DNA of 64,000 bases from Macrostomum lignano. Lineage: Eukaryota. Made by a program: the position numbers and the translations under genes. Positions 49,200-59,086 of the stretch are shown one piece after another. The notes beneath the pieces were generated by a model. It did no database searches and was not told where the DNA came from. It saw only the letters and a program-made list of their open reading frames with translations. The stretch is taken from NCBI GenBank assembly GCA_002269645.1, contig NIVC01003093.1:1-64000 (forward strand), read 5' to 3'. Every line of letters starts with the position of its first letter. Positions within the stretch are counted from its first letter, which is position 1.

Positions 49200-52100
49200 A
49201 TGGATGGTGGATGCAGGATTAGAGAGTTGACAGCTTACGTTTGCCTCTTATCTATGGGTAAGTGCTTAAATTATGTACTGACATAGTAGCTTATGCCAGG
49301 AGAATGTGGAAAACCCCCATCCGTTGCAGTAGCAGCAACTGCCATAAACTATAAGCAACCATTGATTAAGGTTGTACTTGTACCATAGATATTTCTGCTC
49401 TCCATCCATTTTACCATAGACTATTTTTGTTTTCTTTACATAAACTTCTGAAAGCTGACCATTTGCTATTATCGGGGCGGTTAATAATAGAGTTTTGGCT
49501 CTATTTTGGCCATAGACAGTTCATCGTATTAACTATTGCTTTTTAAGCCAAGTCAGTATAGCATTGTGCAGCCCATTTGAACTGACACGCATTGAATTTC
49601 ATCCAAGATATATATGTTTGCCAAAGTATGGCGCTTTTGTCTATGGTAGCAAGGACCAAAATTGGACCAAATTAAATGCTGCTGTGCCTGCCTTGCTACC
49701 ATAGACAAAAGCGGCATTACTTTGACAAACCTATCTTAGACTAAATTCAATGCGTGTAGGCCCAAACGGACTGCAAAAAGCTATAGCTAAGTCTTACCAA
49801 GTTGAGAATTGCCATTTGACAGCAGTGGATTTGGTCTTGCCCATAGACATCGATATAGACGGAAACTAACATGTACGATTGCTTACCCTCGACTCAAAAC
49901 TGCAGCAGCCAGCACAGCTCATACCCAGCAGCTCAGCTGCTACAGCTGCAGCTCATCCAAAGACCTGTCAATCTGCCTGTCAACCGTGACCCTATGCAGA
50001 TCGGCTTCCCACTGCTGCTTCAAAGCCGAGATCCCGGACCCGAGAGGAATCCCGGCCGCCAAGGTTTACTCCATGGCAAGTGCTGGGCATTTTGCCAGTG
50101 TCTTACATTTGTGTAATTCATTAGTAGAGTAACTTATTTCACTGGCGCTTAGTGAGATTTTAGTGGAATCTGATGGCATTCAAGTGAGAATCTGATGAGA
50201 CTCAAGTGAAAATCTGATGAGACTCAAGTGAGAATCTGATGAGACTCAAGTGAAAATCTGATGAGACTCAAGTGAGAATCTGATGAGACTCAAGTGAGAA
50301 TCTGATGAGACTCAAGTGAAAATCTGATGAGACTCAAGTGAGAATCTGATGAGATTCCAGTGAGAATCTGATGAGACTCAAGTGAGAATGTGATGAGACT
50401 CAAGTGAGAATGTGATGAGACTCAAGTGAGAATCTGATGAGACTCAAGTGAGAATGTGATGAGACTCAAGTGAGAATCTGATGAGATTCCAGTTAGAATC
50501 TGATGAGACTCAAGTGAGAATCTGATGAGATTCCAGTGAGAATCTGATGAGACTCAAGTGAGAATCTGATGGGACTCAAGTGAGAATCTGATGAGATTCC
50601 AGTGAGAATCTGATGGGACTCAAGTGAGAATCTGACGAGACTCAAGTGAGAATCTGATGAGACTCAAGTGAGAATCTGATGAGACTCAAGTGAGAATCTG
50701 ATGAGACTCAAGTGAGAATCTGATGGGACTTGAGTGAGAATCTGATGAGACTCAAGTGAGAATCTGATGAGACTCAAGAGAGAATCTGATGAGATTCCAG
50801 TGAGAATCTGATGAGACTCAAGTGAGAATCTGATGAGATTCCAGTGAGAATCTGATGAGACTCAAGTGAGAATCTGATGAGACTCAAGTGAGAATCTGAT
50901 GAGACTCAAGTGAGAATGTGATGAGACTCAAGTGAGAATCTGATGAGACTCAAGTGAGAATCTGATGAGACTCAAGTGAGAATCTGATGAGACTCAAGTG
51001 AGAATGTGATGAGACTCAAGTGAGAATGTGATGAGACTCAAGTGAAAATCTGATGAGACTCAAGTGAGAATCTGATGAGACTCAAGTGAAAATCTGATGA
51101 GACTCAAGTGAGAATCTGATGAGACTCAAGTGAGAATCTGATGAGACTCAAGTGAAAATCTGATGAGACTCAAGTGAGAATCTGATGAGACTCAAGTGAA
51201 AATCTGATGAGACTCAAGTGAGAATCTGATGAGACTCAAGTGAGAATCTTATGAGACTCAAGTGAGAATCTGATGAGACTCAAGTGAGAATCTGATGAGA
51301 CTCAAGTGAGAATGTGATGAGACTCAAGTGAGAATCTGATGAGATTCCAGTGAGAATCTGATGAGACTCAAGTGAGAATCTGATGAGACTCAAGTGAGAA
51401 TCTGATGAGACTCAAGTGAGAATCTGATGAGACTCAAGTGAAAATCTGATGAGATTCCAGTGAGAATCTGATGAGACTCAAGTGAGAATGTGATGAGACT
51501 CAAGTGAGAATGTGATGAGACTCAAGTGAAAATCTGATGAGACTCAAGTGAGAATGTGATGAGACTCAAGTGAAAATCTGATGAGACTCAAGTGAGAATC
51601 TGATGAGACTCAAGTGAGAATCTGATGAGACTCAAGTGAGAATGTGATGAGACTCAAGTGAGAATGTGATGAGACTCAAGTGAAAATCTGATGAGACTCA
51701 AGTGAGAATGTGATGAGACTCAAGTGAGAATCTGATGAGACTCAAGTGAGAATCTGATGAGACTCAAGTGAGAATCTGATGAGACTCAAGTGAGAATCTG
51801 ATGAGATTCCAGTGAGAATCTGATGAGACTCAAGTGAGAATGTGATGAGACTCAAGTGAGAATGTGATGAGACTCAAGTGAGAATGTGATGAGACTCAAG
51901 TGAGAATGTGATGAGACTCAAGTGAGAATCTGATGAGATTCCAGTGAGAATCTGATGAGACTCAAGTGAGAATGTGATGAGATTCCAGTGAGAATCTGAT
52001 GAGACTCAAGTGAGAATCTGATGAGACTCAAGTGAGAATCTGATGAGATTCCAGTGAGAATCTGATGAGACTCAAGTGAGAATGTGATGAGACTCAAGTG

Positions 52101-52462
52101 AGAATGTGATGAGACTCAAGTGAGAATGTGATGAGACTCAAGTGAGAATGTGATGAGACTCAAGTGAGAATCTGATGAGACTCAAGTGAGAATCTGATGA
52201 GACTCAAGTGAGAATCATTTAATAACAGAATCAAAATCATCAAATCGCCCCTCAGGGCTGCATGGACGCCCGCCAATGCCGCCAACAGCCGCAGTCCTCA
52301 GCCAAGGACCTGTGCCGCAGACGGGGCCAGACCTGCTACAGCTGCTGCAGCGACCGCGGTTTGTGCAACGGCGCAACTTGGCAAACCGCTACTGCCCTGC
52401 TAATGACTCTGCCCACTCTGACACTGGCTGTGCTACGTGTTTATGTCAACGAATATTATTAA
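49200..52462 (+). CDS. Ly6/uPAR (three-finger, LU domain) protein with signal peptide and GPI-type tail; 3 exons, 144 aa
   Basis: Exons 49200-49257 (G|GTAAGT, phase 1), 49906-50075 (ATG|GCAAGT) and 52256-52462. Protein MDGGCRIRELTAYVCLLSMAASTAHTQQLSCYSC..C..C..CC..KVYSMGC..C..C..C..CCSDRGLCN plus hydrophobic tail; CCxxxxxCN ending typical of LU domains. Confidence 0.88.
49557..49786. repeat. Foldback inverted repeat (~97-bp arms, 36-nt loop) in Ly6 intron 1
   Basis: Perfect core CGCTTTTGTCTATGGTAGCAAGG / CCTTGCTACCATAGACAAAAGCG, with imperfect pairing out through ACACGCATTGAATTT. Confidence 0.85.
50185..52216. repeat. 22-bp (GAGAATCTGATGAGACTCAAGT)n array, about 90 copies, filling Ly6 intron 2
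   Basis: Read directly. Confidence 0.97.
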
Positions 52463-52619
52463 CATAATATTGAGATGGTTCTCGGGAGCCCAGACTCGAT
52501 TCCGCGAATCAATTTGGGATTCAACTTCAACAAGTCCAAAACTCTCAGTCCGAATTCTCCAACTTATGAAAGCGAACACACGGGAGGGATACAGTGTGTA
52601 CATGCCAGACGATAGTTCT

Positions 52620-53090
52620 TCGTGTTCACGTTGTCGTGTCGTATTGTCATGTCACGTTTTCATGTTGTGTTGTCATGTTGTCGTGTTGTATTTTCATTTC
52701 GTGTACTCGTGTTGTCGTAATGTCATAATGTAGTGTTGTCATGTTGTATTGTCATAATGTCATATTGTCATAATGTAGTGTTGTCATGTTGTAGTGTTGT
52801 CGTTGTCGTGTTGTCATATTGTCGTTGTCGTGTTGTCATATTGTCGTTGTCGTGTTGTCATGTTGTTATATTGTTGTTGTCATGTCGTGTACTCGTGTTG
52901 TCATATTGTCATGATGTAGTTTTTGTCATATTGTCGTTGTCGTGTTGTCATATTGTCGTTGTCGTGTTGTCATGTTGTTATATTGTTGTTGTCATGTCGT
53001 GTACTCGTGTTGTCATATTGTCATGATGTAGTTTTTGTCATATTGTCGTTGTCGTGTTGTCTTATTGTCATGTCATGCGTCACGTTGTCA
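52620..53090. repeat. Degenerate GTTGTC-rich repeat
   Basis: Read directly; includes an internal ~70-bp duplication. Confidence 0.85.
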
Positions 53091-53627
53091 GAAATTGTTG
53101 CAGTCACTCACAAGTTGGTGGTCGAATCTGAGATCAAATGTGAAATAAAATTCAGTTGACTAATTTCCCCCTTCCCCCTATCCCCCTACTGGAATATTAC
53201 AATATTAAATTTTAGTCCTTTGTTAACAGTTTTATACAAAAAAAACAATAATAAAAAATAAGTGACATCGGACATGACACTGACAAGTTGCTACAGGCAG
53301 GTCCGCTGACACCCGAAAAGGGCATAATTACCCAAACAAAGAAACGGACAGTGATCAGAATAAAAGACAATTTCTTTTTGGCAATTTCTGCATCAAAGGA
53401 GGTGCTGAATAAGCATCTTAAAGGTTTTTCTTTTGACCGAGTTTATGCAACCACCAAGGCATTGTGTAGTAGCAGGTTACATATAAATGCCTTCAATTCT
53501 GTCTGCATATTGAACTATAAAAATATTAGAATACAGAAAAACGCTAGAAAACTGATTCAATAGCTTTGATAGGACATGTTATTTAAAGAAGCAGGTGTGG
53601 TGCACATACGAGCTCATCAATTCGTTA

Positions 53628-54660
53628 GTTCACCAGTTCACAAGTTCACCAGTTCACAAGTTCACCAGTTCACAAGTTCACCAGTTCACAAGTTCACCAG
53701 TTCACAAGTTCACCAGTTCACAAGTTCACCAGTTCACAAGTTCACCAGTTCACAAGTTCACCAGTTCACAAGTTCACCAGTTAACAAGTTCACCAGTTCA
53801 CAAGTTCACCAGTTCACAAGTTCACCAGTTCACAAGTTCACCAGTTCACAAGTTCACCAGTTCACAAGTTCACCAGTTCACAAGTTCACCAGTTCACAAG
53901 TTCACCAGTTCACAAGTTCACCAGTTCACAAGTTCACCAGTTCACAAGTTCACCAGTTCACAAGTTCACCAGTTAACAAGTTCACCAGTTCACAAGTTCA
54001 CCAGTTCACAAGTTCACCAGTTCACAAGTTCACCAGTTCACAAGTTCACCAGTTCACAAGTTCACCAGTTCACAAGTTCACCAGTTCACAAGTTCACCAG
54101 TTCACAAGTTCACCAGTTCACAAGTTCACAAGTTCACCAGTTCACAAGTTCACCAGTTCACAAGTTCACCAGTTCACAAGTTCACTAGTTCACAAGTTCA
54201 CCAGTTCACAAGTTCACCAGTTCACAAGTTCACCAGTTCACAAGTTCACAAGTTCACCAGTTCACAAGTTCACCAGTTTACAAGTTCACCAGTTCACAAG
54301 TTCACCAGTTCACAAGTTCACAAGTTCACCAGTTCACAAGTTCACAAGTTCACCAGTTCACAAGTTCACACCAGTTCACAAGTTCACAAGTTCACCAGTT
54401 CACAAGTTCACCAGTTCACAAGTTCACCAGTTCACAAGTTCACCAGTTCACAAGTTCACCAGTTTACAAGTTCACCAGTTCACAAGTTCACCAGTTTACA
54501 AGTTCACCAGTTCACAAGTTCACCAGTTCACAAGTTCACCAGTTAACAAGTTCACCAGTTCACCAGTTCACAAGTTCACCAGTTCACAAGTTCACAAGTT
54601 CACCAGTTCACAAGTTCACCAGTTCACAAGTTCACCAGTTCACAAGTTCACCAGTTCACA
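53628..54660. repeat. 8/16-bp (AGTTCACA AGTTCACC)n array abutting the stop codon of the PAC1-like gene
   Basis: Read directly. Confidence 0.97.
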
Positions 54661-54661
54661 C

Positions 54662-55936
54662 TCAGACGTACATCCCGGAGTCGCCGCCGGCGCTCACCGG
54701 CTGCCTGTGAAAGCGAATCCCGTTGAGGCTGCGCTCCAGGCTGAAGGCGAGGCCCAGCCGGTCGGCCAGACAGGCCTGGAAGGCGGCCACGGAGGGCGAG
54801 TCAACGCTGGCCACCTTGGCTCGGTGGCGGACGCAGGCCAGCAGGGTGAAGGGCAGCCGGTCCACCAGAGCGAACTGGACAAAGCAGCACAGGAAGGCGT
54901 CCCGGACTGGACTAGCGGTAAGGTCCAGGCTGGGCAGGCCGGGGTCCAGTCTGTCAGCGGCTCCGTTGAAGGCGGTCTCGGTGAGTCGAGCCGCTCCCCC
55001 GTCTGCCCTGTTGTCGATATCGTCCAGCAACTCAATTGGATTAGCAGCTGCGTCCGGCAGGTGCAGACAGCTGAGTAGGTGGACTCGGCTAACTTTGAAC
55101 TGTTCGAATAGTTGGAAAACTCGCTGCATCACCAAGTGCACTCGGCTCGGAGGGACGTGCGAGTTCACTAGGATGAGAGAGTACTGCTCGTACTTCAGGT
55201 TCAGCACCTGGGCAAAATGGGGTGGTGCGAAATGTGCCTTGATCTTAGCTCGAATGTGTATCTCGATTACTTTTTATGAGCCCGCAACCCTTGATTGTCA
55301 CTCTCTAAGTATCACTCTTTAACACTCTGATTGTCACTCTTTAACACTCTGATTGTCACTCTTTAACACTCTGATTGTCACTCTTCATTACTCTGATTGT
55401 CACTCTTCATTACTCTGATTGTCACTCTTCATTACTCTGATTGTCACTCTTCATTACTCTGATTGTCACTCTTCATTACTCTGATTGTCACTCTTCATTA
55501 TTCAGATTGTCACTCTTCATTACTCTGATTGTCACTCTTCATTACTCTGATTGTCACTATTCATTACTCTGATTGTCACTCTTCATTACTCTGATTGTCA
55601 CTCTTCATTATTCAGATTGTCACTCTTCATTACTCTGATTGCCACCCTCCCCGTCTATTCACCAACCTGCAGTGGCTTGAGCTCTCCCTCCATTGGCGGA
55701 GTGCCGTCCCACCGTTCGCAGGCGGGCAGCAACAGCTGCTGCTGGGCCCCGTCATCTCTGCCGCAGGGCAGCCCAGGCACATCCAGGTCCCAGAATTCGA
55801 CCCTGGCCTCGATGCCTAGCAAAGCCCGGAGGCTGCTAGCGTTCAAATCGCAGTAGCCGACTAAACAGGCGCGGTTCAGGTACAGCTGGTCCTCCGCCAT
55901 GCGGCTGAAGACCGCTATGCGACTGCTGCTGCTCAT
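54662..55936 (-). CDS. Putative proteasome assembly chaperone (PAC1/PSMG1-like) with C-terminal HbYX (M-Y-V); exons 55936-55667 and 55207-54662, 271 aa
   Basis: Phase-0 CAG|GTTGGT donor and GCCCAG| acceptor give one ORF. C-terminal CCFVQFALVDRLPFTLLAC..DSPSVAAFQACL..SGMYV resembles PSMG1 AAVLSYCQVWKIPAILYLC..DLITVEAFKPIL..SNIYT from memory. Gene real with high confidence; family call tentative. Confidence 0.55.
55290..55642. repeat. 20-bp CTCTGATTGTCACTCTTCAT array in the intron of the PAC1-like gene
   Basis: Read directly. Confidence 0.95.
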
Positions 55937-56009
55937 GACTGCCACTTCTCTAGCTGGATTTGCACTGCATGCAAAACATGCATGTACAAGCAATAGTGCT
56001 TGCGGTTGT

Positions 56010-57792
56010 TAACTGATTGGGGATATTGAAAGCCTGATTGGGGATGTTGATAGCCTGATTGGGGATGTTGATAGCCTGATTGGGGTCATGAAAGCCTGAT
56101 TGGGAATATTGAAAGCCTGATTGGGGATGTTGATAGCCTGATTGGGGATATTGATAGCCTGATTGGGGATGTTGATAGCCTGATTGGGGATATTGATAGC
56201 CTGATTGGGGATATTGATAGCCTGATTAGGGATATTGACAGCCTGATTAGGAATATTGATAGCCTGATTGGGGATATTGATAGCCTGATTGGGAATATTG
56301 ATAGCCTGATTGGGGATATTGATAGCCTGATTGGGAATATTGATAGCCTGATTGGGAATATTGATAGCCTGATTGGGGATATTGATAGCCTGATTGGGGA
56401 TATTGATAGTCTGATTGGGGATATTGATAGCCTGATTGGGGATGTTGATAGCCTGATTGGGGATATTGATAGCCTGATTGAGAATATTGATAGCCTGATT
56501 GGGAATATTGATAGCCTGATTGGGAATATATATTGATAGCCTGATTGGGAATATTGATAGCCTGATTGGGGATATTGATAGCCTGATTGAGAATATTGAT
56601 AGCCTGATTGGGGATATTGATAGCCTGATAGGGGATATTGATAGCCTGATTGGGGATATTGATAGCCTGATTGGGGATGTTGATAGCCTGATTGGGGATG
56701 TTGATAGCCTGATTGGGGATATTGAAAGCCTGATTGGGAATATTGAAAGCCTGATTGGGGATGTTGATAGCCTGATTGGGGATATTGATAGCCTGATTGG
56801 GGATGTTGATAGCCTGATTGGGGATATTGATAGCCTGATTGGGGATATTGATAGCCTGATTGGGGATATTGACAGCCTGATTAGGAATATTGATAGCCTG
56901 ATTGGGGATATTGATAGCCTGATTGGGAATATTGATAGCCTGATTGGGGATATTGATAGCCTGATTGAGAATATTGATAGCCTGATTGGGAATATTGATA
57001 GCCTGATTGGGGATATTGATAGCCTGATTGGGGATATTGATAGTCTGATTGGGGATATTGATAGCCTGATTGGGGATGTTGATAGCCTGATTGGGGATAT
57101 TGATAGCCTGATTGAGAATATTGATAGCCTGATTGGGAATATTGATAGCCTGATTGGGAATATATATTGATAGCCTGATTGGGAATATTGATAGCCTGAT
57201 TGGGGATATTGATAGCCTGATTGAGAATATTGATAGCCTGATTGGGAATATTGATAGCCTGATTGGGGATATTGATAGCCTGATTGGGGATATTGATAGT
57301 CTGATTGGGGATATTGATAGCCTGATTGGGGATGTTGATAGCCTGATTGGGGATATTGATAGCCTGATTGAGAATATTGATAGCCTGATTGGGAATATTG
57401 ATAGCCTGATTGGGAATATATATTGATAGCCTGATTGGGAATATTGATAGCCTGATTGGGGATATTGATAGCCTGATAGGGGATATTGATAGCCTGATTG
57501 GGGATATTGACAGCCTGATTGGGGATGTTGATAGCCTGATTGGGGATATTGATAGCCTGATTGAGAATATTGATAGCCTGATTGGGAATATTGATAGCCT
57601 GATTGGGAATATATATTGATAGCCTGATTGGGAATATTGATAGCCTGATTGGGGATATTGATAGCCTGATAGGGGATATTGATAGCCTGATTGGGAATAT
57701 ATATTGATAGCCTGATTGGGAATATTGATAGCCTGATTGGGGATATTGATAGCCTGATAGGGGATATTGATAGCCTGATTGGGGATGTTGAA
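56010..57792. repeat. 21-bp (TATTGATAGCCTGATTGGGGA)n array with higher-order duplications
   Basis: Read directly; recurrent +2 (TA) variant unit at ~56528, 57161, 57417, 57609 and 57698. Confidence 0.97.
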
Positions 57793-58104
57793 ATCAGCAA
57801 AAACTCAGCTAAATTCAGCTAAAAAGACATGATTTCACATTAAATGTTTGAATGTTTGAAAGGAAAGGATTTCATGCAATATATTAAATATGAAATTACA
57901 TGTGTATGAGTGTTGCAAATGCTATCAAACACACTCATTGACAACAGCTGGTTAAGCTAAGTGGGCGAGTTGATATAAGACAACGACAATAGAAGAGATG
58001 CGGCATAAGATAAACATAAAAATGGATTCAAACATGACAATGGTAAAATTACTAATTATAGCACATGCTACAAAAAACTACATGTACAAAAGTATATGTA
58101 ATTG

Positions 58105-59020
58105 CCACTCTAATGGTCACATCGCTCTCATCACTCTAATGGTCACTCCCATCACTCTAATGGTCACTCCTATCACTCTAATGGCCACTCCCATCACTGT
58201 CACTCCATCATTCTAACTGCCACTCTCATCACTCTAATGGTCACTCCCATCACTCTAATGGTCACTCCCATCACTCCAATGGCCACTCCCATCACTCTAA
58301 TGGTCACTCCCATCACTCCAATGGCCACTCCCATCACTCCAATGGCCACTCCCATCACTCTAATGGTCACTCCTATCACTCTAATGGCCACTCCCATCAC
58401 TGTCACTCCATCATTCTAACTGCCACTCTCATCACTATAATGGTCACTCCCATCACTCCAATGGCCACTCCCATCACTCTAATGGCCACTCCCATCACTA
58501 CAATGGCCACTCCCATCACTCCAATGGCCACTCCCATCACTCCAATGGCCACTCCCATCACTCCAATGGCCACTCCCATCACTCCAATGGCCACTCCCAT
58601 CACTCTAATGGTCACTCCCATCACTCCAATGGCCACTCCCATCACTCCAATGGCCACTCCCATCACTCCAATGGCCACTCCCATCACTCTAATGGTCACT
58701 CCCATCACTCCAATGGCCACTCCCATCACTCCAATGGCCACTCCCATCACTCTAATGGTCACTCCCATCACTCCAATGGCCACTCCCATCACTCCAATGG
58801 CCACTCCCATCACTCCAATGGCCACTCCCATCACTCTAATGGTCACTCCCATCACTCCAATGGCCACTCCCATCACTCTAATGGTCACTCCCATCACTAC
58901 AATGGCCACTCCGATCACTCTAACTGCCACTCTCATCACTCTAATGGTCACTCCATCACTCTAACTGCCACTCTCATCACTCTAATTGTCACTCCCATCA
59001 CTCTAACTGACACTCTTAAT
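58105..59020. repeat. 21-bp (CATCACTCCAATGGCCACTCC)n array
   Basis: Read directly. Confidence 0.96.
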
Positions 59021-59086
59021 ACTGAAATAGCTGCTAAAAATCTAATTGTCACTACCAAACTCCCCAATTGCGAGCTCAAACCCAGG

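Noticed and set aside
50185-52216. CTGATGAG...GAAA words as tandem hammerhead ribozymes
   Set aside because: No stem II closes between CUGAUGA and GAAA, most units read GAGAA, and stems I/III and the NUH site cannot be built.
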